Of a stretch of 64,000 nt of DNA, positions 1-9,725 are shown in pieces (within the stretch, counting starts at the first letter, position 1; each line of letters opens with the position of its first letter). Source of the stretch: an uncultured Bacteroidales bacterium (GTDB lineage Bacteria > Bacteroidota > Bacteroidia > Bacteroidales > UBA7960); NCBI GenBank assembly GCA_964624065.1, contig CAZUWF010000007.1, positions 14,134 to 78,133 on the forward strand, read 5' to 3'. Both the position numbers and the translations under genes were made by a program. Below the pieces are notes generated by a model. The model did no database searches and was not told the DNA's origin. It was given only the letters and a program-made list of their open reading frames with translations.

Positions 1-2
1 AA

Positions 3-275
3 ATTAATGGCCACAACAAGTTTCTGGCATTAGTCAATATCCTTTTCTTCGCAAATATTTTTTTCGGCGGGCTGCTTCTTGGGCTTGAAGACACCCAAAC
101 CTACCTTGCCAAGCTGGTTCCGGAACACTCCTCGGGTACTTACCTTAAGTACCTTTGGCTAAACCTTGGTGTACTTTTGGTCATCCTTTTGTATATTTGG
201 CTTTCGAAAACGAGGTTGGCATCTGTTAAGCCTACAAGAAATAAGATGTCAGGCCAAACCAGCCCAGATTTGTAA
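3..275 (+). CDS. 3' end of a membrane protein gene (partial, runs off the 5' edge); identity unresolved
   Basis: Frame 3 is open from the window edge to TAA at 273-275. The translation contains two hydrophobic helices (FLALVNILFFANIFFGGLLLGL, YLWLNLGVLLVILLYIWL). It ends 3 nt before the next gene. It is absent from the ORF track because it has no start in the window. Confidence 0.35.
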   Translation: MNGHNKFLALVNILFFANIFFGGLLLGLEDTQTYLAKLVPEHSSGTYLKYLWLNLGVLLVILLYIWLSKTRLASVKPTRNKMSGQTSPDL

Positions 276-278
276 ACC

Positions 279-1949
279 ATGGCAAAATTAAAGGTTCATA
301 GCAAGTACTTAATGGTCTTGGCAATTGTGTTGTTGGCCACTGCAATATCCTGGGGCATAAACGGGCAAACCGTTATTGGCGTTGACGATGCCAACATTTA
401 CATGGTTTACATGAAAAACCTTGCCGAAGGGCACGGTTTAGTTTACAATGCGGGATGCGAAAAGGTGGAAGGATTTACTTCACTGCTTTGGACTTTGATA
501 GGCGCGGTATTCTTCTCGCTTTCCAGTTTTCCGGAGTTATGGCTGCTTGTTTTCAACATCTTGGTTGTGAGCTTTGCTCTATTCAGGGTGGTTTTGCACA
601 TTGACAACCACTGGCACCAAAGGGGTGGTTCAAGTTACTCTTTGCTATTTCTAGCGCTTTTGGTTGCTCTCCCGGGGTATTTCGATTGGTCTGTTTTCTC
701 CCTTATGGAAACCGGCCTGTGGAGCTCGTTGCTTATACTCACCTCGCTGCAAATACTTGAGCTAAAGCCAAATTATGGCAAAAGGGGGTATTTCCTGAAA
801 CTTGCCGGACTTTCATTTTTACTCCTCCTTTCCCGCCCGGAAGCAATGGTGTGGGTGCCGTTTTTTCTAGTGTTTGGCGGCATCAAATATTATTTCGTTT
901 TTGGCAAAGCCCGAAAGAGTTTACTTGCAACTTTGTTGATGGTGTCTGGATTCTTTGGGATGGTGGTCTTGGTTACTTTTTGGCGGCTCCAGTACTTCGG
1001 CTACCCGCTACCAAACACCTTCTATGCAAAGATTTCGTCGAGCCTAATTGGAAATGTTGTGGCCGGCCTGATTTACATTAAAAACTACCTGGTTCAATAC
1101 CCTCTGGTTTCATTGGGCGTTGTGGTTTGCTTCGCCTTCTTAATAAAGAAATCTGTAGAGGCAGAACTTGGGTTTCTCCAGCTTTTCAGGAGGGAGTTCG
1201 GCTCTCTATTCATATTTGCCATTTTTGATTTAACAATGTTGGTTCCTCTTGTTACCGGAGGAGATCATTTTGGGTTCGCTAGGTTCATACAACCAACAGT
1301 GCCGCTGTTGCTACTATTACCGCTTTTCGTAAGAGTTTTCGAAAAAATAATGCTGACCAAGGCCTTGATTATTGGATTGGCATTTTTTGCGTTTTTCTCT
1401 TCAACCTTCAACCTGCGCGACATCTACGTTTTTCGGAGATCGCCGGTTAGGCACGAGTGGATTATTTCGGCAGAGGGGAGGAAGCAGTCCGAGAAGCTAG
1501 AAAGGTTCTTCTCAACACTACCAAAATTGCCAAGCCAGGGAGTTTTAATTGCAGGCGGAACCGCTTTGGAATACGATGGAATAACTATTGACTTGCTGGG
1601 CTTGAACAACACGCAAATGGCTCACTCCAAAAGACTCTCTGATGATAGGAATTTGAAAAATCACGCTGCCTTCAACAAAGATGTTTTCTTCAACCAGAAG
1701 CCCGATATTTTTTGGCTTGGAGGTGGATTTCGTCAGGATGGCAAACTAAAAATAAGGCCAGATTTCAAAAGATTGGCGGAGGTGGCATTCAAAAACATTC
1801 ATCTCGATGGGAAGTTCAGAGAAAAGTACGGCTACTTTTTGATTGAAAAGCTCGAAACCGGTGAGTTACTAGAGGTTTTTGCCTCGAGGAGCTTTGCAGG
1901 CACCTTGCCCAATTACGTTTTTTCAGTAAAGGAGATAGACTATGAGTAG
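279..1949 (+). CDS. GT-C fold integral-membrane glycosyltransferase (putative lipid-linked-sugar dependent, arabinosyl/mannosyl-transferase-like)
   Basis: 556 aa with more than 10 predicted TM helices. An acidic GVDDANIY motif follows TM1, as in the GT-C first-loop DD motif. A soluble C-terminal domain of about 170 aa follows. The gene overlaps the downstream DprE2-like gene by 8 nt. Confidence 0.6.
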   Translation: MAKLKVHSKYLMVLAIVLLATAISWGINGQTVIGVDDANIYMVYMKNLAEGHGLVYNAGCEKVEGFTSLLWTLIGAVFFSLSSFPELWLLVFNILVVSFALFRVVLHIDNHWHQRGGSSYSLLFLALLVALPGYFDWSVFSLMETGLWSSLLILTSLQILELKPNYGKRGYFLKLAGLSFLLLLSRPEAMVWVPFFLVFGGIKYYFVFGKARKSLLATLLMVSGFFGMVVLVTFWRLQYFGYPLPNTFYAKISSSLIGNVVAGLIYIKNYLVQYPLVSLGVVVCFAFLIKKSVEAELGFLQLFRREFGSLFIFAIFDLTMLVPLVTGGDHFGFARFIQPTVPLLLLLPLFVRVFEKIMLTKALIIGLAFFAFFSSTFNLRDIYVFRRSPVRHEWIISAEGRKQSEKLERFFSTLPKLPSQGVLIAGGTALEYDGITIDLLGLNNTQMAHSKRLSDDRNLKNHAAFNKDVFFNQKPDIFWLGGGFRQDGKLKIRPDFKRLAEVAFKNIHLDGKFREKYGYFLIEKLETGELLEVFASRSFAGTLPNYVFSVKEIDYE

Positions 1950-2682
1950 GAAAATTTGCTTGATTCTTGGCTCTAATTCCGACATTGGGCAGGCGATAGC
2001 CTACCGGTTTGCAGTAGAGGGCTTCGACCTTTTGCTTGCCAGTCGAAACCCGAAAGGGTACCAAGAAAGGTTGGCCGCCGACCTAGAAACTCGCCACGGA
2101 ATAAAAGCCGTGCCCTTGAAGTTTGACGGCTCGGAATACGACACGCACAAAGGCTTTTGCGATGAATTGCAACCTTTTCCCGATGTGGTGATTAGCGCTT
2201 TCGGGTACCTTGGCGACAATAAAAAATCAATTTGTGACTTTGCAGAGTGCCGCAGAATAATTGACAGCAATTTAACGGGTCACGTTTCGATACTTAACAA
2301 TGTGGCACAAAAGATGAAGGCGCTAAAAAATGGCAGCATCATGGGAATTTCTTCGGTGGCGGGTGAGCGCGGACGTGCCGGCAATCTAATCTACGGCTCG
2401 GCAAAGGCAGCCTTTTCGACATATATTGATGGGCTAAGGAACTACCTGTTTAGTTCGGGAGTTCATGTTGGCACCATTAAACCGGGTTATGTTAGAACAA
2501 AAATGATCGAAGGGCAGAATACACCAAGGTTTCTTACGGCCACACCTGATCAGGCTGCCAAGGCCGTGTGGAAAGCATACAAAGGTAAGAGGAGCACAGT
2601 TTACATTCTTGCACGATGGAGGCTCATAATGTTCATTTTAAAATTAATTCCGGAGTTCATCTTCAAAAGGTTGAGTATATGA
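1942..2682 (+). CDS. Short-chain dehydrogenase/reductase, DprE2-like (decaprenylphospho-erythro-pentofuranosid-2-ulose 2-reductase family)
   Basis: Contains a Rossmann LILGSNSDIGQAI motif and the catalytic YGSAKAA (YxxxK). ISSVAGERGRAGNLIYGSAKAA and the C-terminal tail LIPEFIFKRLSI closely resemble M. tuberculosis DprE2 as I recall it (MSSAAGER..FVYGSTKAG, ..HIPRSIFRKLPI). Confidence 0.8.
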   Translation: MSRKICLILGSNSDIGQAIAYRFAVEGFDLLLASRNPKGYQERLAADLETRHGIKAVPLKFDGSEYDTHKGFCDELQPFPDVVISAFGYLGDNKKSICDFAECRRIIDSNLTGHVSILNNVAQKMKALKNGSIMGISSVAGERGRAGNLIYGSAKAAFSTYIDGLRNYLFSSGVHVGTIKPGYVRTKMIEGQNTPRFLTATPDQAAKAVWKAYKGKRSTVYILARWRLIMFILKLIPEFIFKRLSI

Positions 2683-3281
2683 CTCAAAGGGCGATTGCAG
2701 TTTTTGATATGGACGGCACCATAACTAGTCGCGACACTTTTTTGGAGTTCATTGAATTCGCAAAGGGAAAGTGGAGGTACAGGTTTGGATTTTTGCTTGT
2801 AATGCCAATTATAATCCTATACCAACTAAAAATCTATCCCAACCACAAACTTAAAGAATTGGTTTTCGGATTGTTTTTTGGAGGAATGGATAGCGTTGAA
2901 CTATCCGAAATTGGTGGTAAATTTTCCACGGAAGTGATACCAAGGATTTGCCACACAGCCGTTCTGAAAAAAATTGAATGGCACAAGCAAATGGGGCACA
3001 GGGTGTTAATTCTTACAGCATCGTCAGGAATTTGGCTCGACAAATGGTGCAAATATATGGGTGTGGACCTCATCGGCACCAACTTCGAAGAAAAAAATGG
3101 CAAAATGACCGGCAAGATTGACGGAAAAAACATTTACGGAAAGAAAAAACGGGAAATACTGCAAATGATACTTTCCGAAAACAATTACGAAGATTCATAT
3201 GGCTACGGAAACAGCCCCTCTGACGAGTACTTCTTGGAGTTGGTCAACCATAGGTATATGAGGGAGGTTGATTTGAAATAA
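2679..3281 (+). CDS. HAD-IB family phosphatase/hydrolase
   Basis: Has HAD motif I, AVFDMDGTITSRDT. I prefer the ATG at 2679, which forms an ATGA overlap with the SDR stop (2680-2682), over the track start at 2616. Confidence 0.75.
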   Translation: MTQRAIAVFDMDGTITSRDTFLEFIEFAKGKWRYRFGFLLVMPIIILYQLKIYPNHKLKELVFGLFFGGMDSVELSEIGGKFSTEVIPRICHTAVLKKIEWHKQMGHRVLILTASSGIWLDKWCKYMGVDLIGTNFEEKNGKMTGKIDGKNIYGKKKREILQMILSENNYEDSYGYGNSPSDEYFLELVNHRYMREVDLK

Positions 3282-3296
3282 GAAAATCTGAAACCA

Positions 3297-4637
3297 ATGT
3301 ATTTGACCACAGTCAAAAATCTATTCAAAGACCGAACCACCAAGTTTTTGATGGTCTTGATAGTTGTGTTTCACCTTGCAGGCTTTTTTTTCAAGGCAAA
3401 GGAGGGAAATTTTTATTTGGACGACTCCATTGAGTACCTTTATATGGCCGGGAACATTGCCAATGAGGGGGTTTTTTACTGCGGCGACCTTTCGAAGCCC
3501 ATCAACCCTGACTTTTACACCAAACGCCCACCACTGTATCCATTATATGTAACTGCCGTACACCTAATTTTTAAAAGCGATTTGGCAGTAATTTTCCTGC
3601 AAAACCTCATATCGCTTTTCAATATTCTGTTGATGATCATACTGGCAGAAAAACTCCGGCAAACCTCTGTAAGGATTGCATTGATTTTTTTGCTAATTAG
3701 CCCCGTGCAAGTTTTTTATGCCAATATGATCATGAGCGAAATCATTTTGCAAACGTGGATTTTGCTTATGGTTAACTCATACTTGAGATTTTTTAAGGCC
3801 AAGAACCCCATAAACCTTTTTTGGGGTTCCTTATTCCTTATTTTGGCAATGCTAACCAAGCCTGTCATGTATCCGTTTGCAGCAATTTTATTGGTTGGGG
3901 GGTTATATTTTTTATTGAAAGATAGGATTAAACTTGCCATGGTTTATGGTTTGCTGCCAATTACTTTCCTATTGGGATACAATCTTTGGAACCAAAATCG
4001 CACAGGTGTGTTTCATTTTTCGAGCATCCAAACCATCAATCTTGTACAATACAACATTTATTACTTTTTAATAAACCAATTTGGCGACAAAGACGCAGAT
4101 GAATTTTTGAAATCGACCTACCATAAAGCTGATCAAATAGAAAATTACACCCAACGGCAGTCATTTCTGAAAAAGGCTGCTTTGGAAAAAATTAAAGTAA
4201 ACCTACCGGCATACTTTTGGTTTCACGCCAAAGGGGTTGTCAGGTGGTTTGTTGATCCCGGGCGGTTTGATTATTACAACTTTTTTGGTGTGGAGGCCCA
4301 GAAATCCAGTGGTTTTCTAAAGCAACTTAGCAGGGAGGGAACAGAGAAAACTTTTAGAAACTTCCTTTCACAACCGTTTTATATGGTAGTTTTGCTTGTT
4401 TCAACATTTGCGGTAAGGGTTTTGCTCTTGAGTTTTATGGTTCTTTGGTTACTTTTGAGTCAGAATAGTTTATTGGAAAAAATTTCGGTGGCCCTACCCA
4501 TTCTATTCGTTGCAGCTGCAACAGGGCCTCTTGGGGCATCAAGGTTCATGCTTCCACTACTACCTTTAATAATATTGGCTGCTTCAAGTTCACTCAATTA
4601 TATGTTTGCCTCAAAAGCCAAAATCAATTATTGTTGA
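3297..4637 (+). CDS. GT-C fold membrane glycosyltransferase (ArnT/PMT-like, GT39/GT83-type)
   Basis: 446 aa and polytopic. The first loop carries YLDDSIEY and the YTKRPPLYPL motif typical of ArnT/PMT_2-type glycosyltransferases. Confidence 0.7.
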   Translation: MYLTTVKNLFKDRTTKFLMVLIVVFHLAGFFFKAKEGNFYLDDSIEYLYMAGNIANEGVFYCGDLSKPINPDFYTKRPPLYPLYVTAVHLIFKSDLAVIFLQNLISLFNILLMIILAEKLRQTSVRIALIFLLISPVQVFYANMIMSEIILQTWILLMVNSYLRFFKAKNPINLFWGSLFLILAMLTKPVMYPFAAILLVGGLYFLLKDRIKLAMVYGLLPITFLLGYNLWNQNRTGVFHFSSIQTINLVQYNIYYFLINQFGDKDADEFLKSTYHKADQIENYTQRQSFLKKAALEKIKVNLPAYFWFHAKGVVRWFVDPGRFDYYNFFGVEAQKSSGFLKQLSREGTEKTFRNFLSQPFYMVVLLVSTFAVRVLLLSFMVLWLLLSQNSLLEKISVALPILFVAAATGPLGASRFMLPLLPLIILAASSSLNYMFASKAKINYC

Positions 4638-4734
4638 ATTATTTTTTTAAAATTCTGTACAAAAAATTGGTTGAAGTAATGATTTTTAATTATTTTTGCG
4701 GAAAATTGTTGCATTTACATAATTATTTGACAAA

Positions 4735-5229
4735 ATGGCAGCAAAAAGCTTTAGGTTGCAGGTAGGTTGTAATGCCGACCAAATGCACAAGCTGGAGGCC
4801 TTCATTGAGGATGTTTGTAACTATTTCAACGTTTTCAATGCCTATTTTGGTAATATATTAGTGGCCACTACCGAGTTTTGTTCTTTTGTAGGGTTTTTGG
4901 TTCCGGGCAAGTTAATCGAAGTTAATTCATTTGTCAAAAAAGGGGCATTGGTTGTTGGCTTCAACCTCCATGACGAGTTTAATGTGGTTTCCCCTTATCT
5001 TCAACAGAATGTTTCTCAGTACCTCGAATCCGAAACTATTTTGGAGCAAGAAAGGAGCTTGTTGTCAACTATCCTTTTATCAGATGACATTTCTCTGGAT
5101 TTTGCCCAACAGAAAGTTGAAATACTATTCAACATTAAGACTGATGTCAAGGATAGGGAGGATATAATTTCCAATTACCTTGAGAGGGTTGTTGGTACCG
5201 CAGCCCTAAAGACCAAAAAACAGGTTTAA
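4735..5229 (+). CDS. Hypothetical protein (possibly a degenerate HATPase/anti-sigma-factor-like fold)
   Basis: A 164-aa ORF with clean boundaries in an otherwise empty interval. I recognise no catalytic motif. It is convergent with lon. Confidence 0.4.
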   Translation: MAAKSFRLQVGCNADQMHKLEAFIEDVCNYFNVFNAYFGNILVATTEFCSFVGFLVPGKLIEVNSFVKKGALVVGFNLHDEFNVVSPYLQQNVSQYLESETILEQERSLLSTILLSDDISLDFAQQKVEILFNIKTDVKDREDIISNYLERVVGTAALKTKKQV

Positions 5230-5266
5230 ATTCCTTGTCTTTCTACCTAAGTCATTTTTTATTTGG

Positions 5267-7720
5267 TTAATCAAACCTGATAGGTTTTTTGATTAACTGT
5301 TTTTCAATCGACAGGTCCACTACCTCTATCATTTCTCTGATATAAGCAAATTCCAATCCTTTGAGGTATATTTCGTTGATCTCGGTTACATCCTTGCGAT
5401 TGTCCTCCGAAAGGACAATTGTTTTTATACCATTTCGCTTTGCTGCAAGGATTTTTTCTTTTATGCCACCCACGGGCAAAACTTTTCCACGCAAGGTAAT
5501 TTCGCCTGTCATTGCCACTCCGGGCTTAACCTTTCTTTGAGTAAATGCCGACGCCAGAGCTGAAAACATGGTAATACCTGCCGAAGGGCCGTCCTTGGGT
5601 GTGGCACCTTCGGGCACGTGAATGTGTACATTGTACTTTTCAAAAATGGAAGGATCAATATCAAGGTCTAAGGCGTGAGATTTGAGGTATTCGTAGGCAA
5701 TGGTTGCTGACTCTTTCATTACCTCGCCAAGGTTGCCGGTCATGGTTAGTTGCCCCTTGCCCCTACTAATGCTTACTTCAATGAACAAGACCTCCCCTCC
5801 AGCCCAGGTCCAAGCAAGCCCGGTCATTACTCCTGCCATATCCTTGACCTGACTGTTGTCTTTTGAATATGTTGGTGCTCCAAGGATGGTTTCTATGTCC
5901 TTGGAGGTCAACTCTGGGTAGAAGTCGTTGTTTGATACAATATCACGAGCTCGTGATCTGATTACCTTGGCTATGGTTTTTTCGAGGGTTCGCACCCCTG
6001 ATTCTCGAGTATAGTCATCAATGATTTTTTCTAACACTTGGGCCGAAAACTTAACTTGTCCCTTTTCTATCCCATGCTCTGAGAGCTGCTTTGGGACCAA
6101 GTGTTTCCTGGCAATTTGTATTTTTTCTTCAACTATGTAGCCTCCCAGTTGTATTATTTCCATACGATCGCGCAGGGCAGGTTGGACAGAAGCAAGGCTA
6201 TTGGCAGTGGCAATGAACATAATTTTGGATAAATCGTACTCCACCTCGAGGTAATTATCTTGGAATGTGCCATTTTGCTCAGGGTCAAGCACCTCAAGCA
6301 TTGCCGACGAAGGGTCGCCTGAGAATGTTTGGAAACCAATCTTGTCAATCTCGTCAAGCACGAAGACCGGATTGCTTGTCTTGGCCTTTTTCAAATTTTG
6401 GATTATCCTTCCGGGCATTGCACCCACGTAGGTTTTTCGATGGCCGCGGATTTCGGCTTCATCGCGGAGGCCTCCCAGCGACATTCGCACATATTGCCTA
6501 CCAACAGCCTCGGCAATTGACTTGCCAAGTGATGTTTTGCCAACTCCTGGCGGGCCTACAAAGCACAAAATGGGCGACTTCATATTGCCCTTTAGCTTCA
6601 AAACAGCCAAGTATTCCATTATGCGATCCTTAATTTTTTCGAGCCCGTAATGGTCGCGATCGAGAATTTTTTTGGCACGCTTGAGGTCAAAATTATCTTT
6701 CGAAAAATCGTTCCAGGGGAGATCCACCAGGGTCTCAAGGTAGTTGAGATGTACCGAAAAATCCATAGCCGCCGGGTTAATCCTTTGCAGTTTAAGAATT
6801 TCCTTATCGAAGACCTCTTGGATGTGCTTTCCCCACTTCTTGGACTTAGCACGGTCCTTCAATGCCACAATTTGCTGATCGTAGGGGTTGCCGCCCAGTT
6901 CTTCCTGAATGGTTTTGAGCTGCTGGTTCAAGAAGTAGTCTCGCTGTTGCTTGTCAATGTCAACCTTTACCTTGGATTGTATCTGGTTTTTCAGCTCCAC
7001 CATCTGCAATTCGCGGGTTAGGTGTTCGAGAACCATATTTGCCCGAATATTTAAGTCGAGGGTTTCTAGGAGCCTTTGCTTTTGTTCGTTGTCAATGTTA
7101 AGGTTAGATGAAATGAAATTGACCAAAAAAGCAGGACCCTCGATGTTGTTTATTGCAAATGCCGCCTCGCTGGGTACGTTGGGCGAAAGCTTAACAATTT
7201 GAATTGCAAGGTCCTTTATGGTAGCAATCAGGGCATTGAACTGCTTGTTTGCCTTTATCTTGCTTGGTGAATCAAAAGATGCCACCCTTGCCATAAAATA
7301 GGGCTCATCGGTAACAAGTTCTTTGATTTCCAAGCGCTTCTTACCCTGTATAATCACCGTGGTGCTACCGTCGGGCATTTGAAGAATCTTGATAATTGTT
7401 GCAAAGGTTCCTATGCGGTTCAAATCCTCAAAGGAAGGATCCTCAATCTCGGCGTTTCGTTGCGAAACAACTCCCACAAACCTGCTTTTCTTGTAAACAT
7501 CCCGAACAAGGTGTATTGACTTGTCGCGACTAACCGTGATCGGAATTACCACTCCGGGGAAAAGAACGGTGTTCTTTAATGGAAGAATAGGTAAAACATC
7601 GGGGATTTTTTCTGCTGCAATCAACTCCTCCTCCTCGGCACTCAACAAGGGAATGAACTCGCTGTCGGCATCAATTATCTCAGAAAATTGAAAATTCTTT
7701 TTCGTTAAAAAACCATCCAT
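5267..7720 (-). CDS. lon: ATP-dependent Lon protease (endopeptidase La)
   Basis: 817 aa. Has Walker A GPPGVGKTSLGKSIA, the proteolytic Ser motif PKDGPSAG and a downstream catalytic Lys region KEKILAAKRNGI. Confidence 0.97.
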   Translation of the reverse strand: MDGFLTKKNFQFSEIIDADSEFIPLLSAEEEELIAAEKIPDVLPILPLKNTVLFPGVVIPITVSRDKSIHLVRDVYKKSRFVGVVSQRNAEIEDPSFEDLNRIGTFATIIKILQMPDGSTTVIIQGKKRLEIKELVTDEPYFMARVASFDSPSKIKANKQFNALIATIKDLAIQIVKLSPNVPSEAAFAINNIEGPAFLVNFISSNLNIDNEQKQRLLETLDLNIRANMVLEHLTRELQMVELKNQIQSKVKVDIDKQQRDYFLNQQLKTIQEELGGNPYDQQIVALKDRAKSKKWGKHIQEVFDKEILKLQRINPAAMDFSVHLNYLETLVDLPWNDFSKDNFDLKRAKKILDRDHYGLEKIKDRIMEYLAVLKLKGNMKSPILCFVGPPGVGKTSLGKSIAEAVGRQYVRMSLGGLRDEAEIRGHRKTYVGAMPGRIIQNLKKAKTSNPVFVLDEIDKIGFQTFSGDPSSAMLEVLDPEQNGTFQDNYLEVEYDLSKIMFIATANSLASVQPALRDRMEIIQLGGYIVEEKIQIARKHLVPKQLSEHGIEKGQVKFSAQVLEKIIDDYTRESGVRTLEKTIAKVIRSRARDIVSNNDFYPELTSKDIETILGAPTYSKDNSQVKDMAGVMTGLAWTWAGGEVLFIEVSISRGKGQLTMTGNLGEVMKESATIAYEYLKSHALDLDIDPSIFEKYNVHIHVPEGATPKDGPSAGITMFSALASAFTQRKVKPGVAMTGEITLRGKVLPVGGIKEKILAAKRNGIKTIVLSEDNRKDVTEINEIYLKGLEFAYIREMIEVVDLSIEKQLIKKPIRFD

Positions 7721-7980
7721 AATAATTCAGGACAAATTGTCGTATTTTATGCAAATTAGTCTCATCTCAATTTAATGGGAAAATGCCGTCTTATCGTAAA
7801 ACACTGATCGTAAATTGTTTGCTAAGGCCAACAAAAATTTACCACTTTTGTTAATTTGAAATCTCCCCTGTTAGCAATGGCCGTGCCAATAGTTGCAATA
7901 CGAAGGCAGGTATAAGTTGAGGGGAAGCTTTTTTTGTTGGAATGGCACCTTCCTGACAACGTTGCCGTTCGAGGGCTTTG

Positions 7981-9165
7981 CTACCTCTTATGCCTCAAAG
8001 ATTGATTGTAAACGAAGCGCATGATTGATTCGTCTTCTTTAGAAAGCTCTTTACCACGACGCGACATTACAATCCGGGCGGTTTCCAGGGCAGTTTCGAA
8101 TTTGTAAATGGTTATGCCTGCGGCGCTTCCCCATGAAAACGATGGTATGAAATTACGGAGGAAACCTGAACCGTAAAGCATTGAATTAACGCCAATTACA
8201 GAACCGGTATTAAGCATAGTACTTATGCCTAGCTTGGTATGGTCGCCCACGAAGGAACCACAAAACCTCAATTCGGTTGGCACGAAAGTCTCCTCGGCGT
8301 AATCCCATACCCTCACTTGAGAGTAATTGTTTTTGAGGTTGGAAAAGTTGGTACCTGCACCTATGTTGCACCATTCACCAATAACGCTATCGCCAATGTA
8401 ACCATCGTGGGCCTTGTTAGAATATCCAAACATAATGGTATTAGAAACTTCGCCGCCTACCTTGCAAAATGGCCCAATTGCAGATCCCTGGTAAAGCAAC
8501 GCACCCATCCTTACCTTGGTGCCCTCACCTATGGAAACAGGTCCTCGCAAAATGGCACCATCCATTATGTGGGCATCCTTGCCAATGTAAACAGGCCCTT
8601 CCGAGGCATTAATCATTGCCATTTCAATCCTCGCACCCTCTTCAACAAAAACATTTTCCGGGCTTACAACCCTGGCCATTGCACCCACCGAACCGCTTAC
8701 CCTATTTGATGTAATCAACTTGAAATCGCTTACTATGGCATCCTTGTTAAGGAGCAGAAAATCATGAAGGTGTGAAAGTTTCTGTAACGTACCACTAAAT
8801 TCATTATTTGCCTTTGCTTCGAAGTGGTCATCATCAATTTTATCCAACTCCTTATCGCTCAGCCTATAGGCAATTAAGACATCACCCTGCGACAAGGTTT
8901 CGTTGTTGTCAAGCCTACCGATTGCCTCAACTATTTCCTTGGTGGGAAGAACCGCCGCATTAATCAAAACGTTGTCGGCTTGCTTCACCAAAGGGTACTT
9001 TTGAGAAAGGTATTCTTCGGTGAGGCTCGAAGTTTTCTTTCCAAGATATTTCTCCCACTTTTCCCTTATGGTCAAGATTCCTACCCTCACATCCCCCACG
9101 GGCCTAATGAAACAGAATGGAAGCAAGTGATTGCGAGTTTGATCGCCAAAAAGTATGTAATTCAT
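7981..9165 (-). CDS. GlmU-family sugar-phosphate nucleotidyl/acetyl-transferase (alternative bacterial GlmU type)
   Basis: The N-terminus MNYILFGDQTRNHLLPF..RPVGDVRVGILTIREKWE is followed by a long left-handed beta-helix hexapeptide region (IGKDAHIMDGAILRGPVSIGEGTKV...). I prefer ATG 9165 over the 42-codon hydrophobic extension to 9291. Confidence 0.75.
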   Translation of the reverse strand: MNYILFGDQTRNHLLPFCFIRPVGDVRVGILTIREKWEKYLGKKTSSLTEEYLSQKYPLVKQADNVLINAAVLPTKEIVEAIGRLDNNETLSQGDVLIAYRLSDKELDKIDDDHFEAKANNEFSGTLQKLSHLHDFLLLNKDAIVSDFKLITSNRVSGSVGAMARVVSPENVFVEEGARIEMAMINASEGPVYIGKDAHIMDGAILRGPVSIGEGTKVRMGALLYQGSAIGPFCKVGGEVSNTIMFGYSNKAHDGYIGDSVIGEWCNIGAGTNFSNLKNNYSQVRVWDYAEETFVPTELRFCGSFVGDHTKLGISTMLNTGSVIGVNSMLYGSGFLRNFIPSFSWGSAAGITIYKFETALETARIVMSRRGKELSKEDESIMRFVYNQSLRHKR

Positions 9166-9289
9166 AAATTTGGGGCGTATAAGTAATTTAGCCACGAAGG
9201 TAAGAAAAACATATAAAACAACAATGCAGGGAAATTCTTCGGGAAGAAAAATGGAACAAAAAAATCTACCGGGAGTTTTTATCAAAAAC

Positions 9290-9329
9290 AAAACTACGAG
9301 GGATTCAAAACAGACTCCCTCGTAGTTTT
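9290..9329 (-). terminator. Rho-independent terminator downstream of rpmE
   Basis: Perfect inverted repeat ACTACGAGGGA / TCCCTCGTAGT with a 12-nt loop, flanked by A/T runs on both sides. On the minus strand the hairpin is followed by TTTTGTTTTTG. Confidence 0.6.
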
Positions 9330-9352
9330 TTTACCTCAAAAACCTCGCTTTG

Positions 9353-9610
9353 CTACCTCTTGAGATGCTTTTGATACTTTGTGCGGAACTTATCAACACG
9401 CCCGGCAGTGTCAACAAGTTGTTGTTTGCCAGTATAAAATGGATGTGATGTGTGTGAAATATCCAGCTTGATGAGCGGGTATTCCTTTCCATCTTCCCAA
9501 ACAATTGTTTCTTTTGAATTTGCAGTGGAGCGGCTCAAAAAGCTGTACTCGTTTGACATATCCTTGAAAACTACTAAACGATAATTTTTGGGGTGGATAT
9601 CTTTCTTCAT
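9353..9610 (-). CDS. rpmE: 50S ribosomal protein L31, type B
   Basis: Canonical N-terminus [10 protein letters not shown] with no CxxC zinc motif, hence type B. The ATG at 9610 lies 34 nt downstream of a TACCTTTG -7 box. Confidence 0.9.
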   Translation of the reverse strand: MKKDIHPKNYRLVVFKDMSNEYSFLSRSTANSKETIVWEDGKEYPLIKLDISHTSHPFYTGKQQLVDTAGRVDKFRTKYQKHLKR

Positions 9611-9643
9611 GATAAAAAATATTTTCCTGATTTTTTCGGACTG

Positions 9644-9651
9644 CAAAGGTA
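9644..9651 (-). promoter_or_regulatory. Bacteroidota-type -7 promoter box (TACCTTTG) for rpmE
   Basis: Matches TAnnTTTG on the minus strand, 34 nt upstream of the rpmE ATG. Confidence 0.45.
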
Positions 9652-9725
9652 GTAAAAATTTCTTTCACAATACCTATCAACTGCAAAAGAATTTTTGAGG
9701 CGAAATTGACACAAATAAAGTATTC

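Noticed and set aside
8239-8709. 156-aa plus-strand ORF opposite the GlmU-family gene
   Set aside because: It is an antisense shadow of the hexapeptide-repeat region, and repeat-encoding DNA often stays open on the other strand.
9166-9291. 5' extensions of track ORFs: GlmU-like to 9291, rpmE to 9646, hypothetical to 14495, M49-like to 19312, purH to 45927, DUF2200 to 51043, sfsA to 59868, HAD to 2616
   Set aside because: The extensions add non-homologous, often hydrophobic or low-complexity residues. Several start at TTG/GTG, overlap neighbouring genes or terminators, or contain the gene's own -7 box. Internal ATGs give canonical N-termini.
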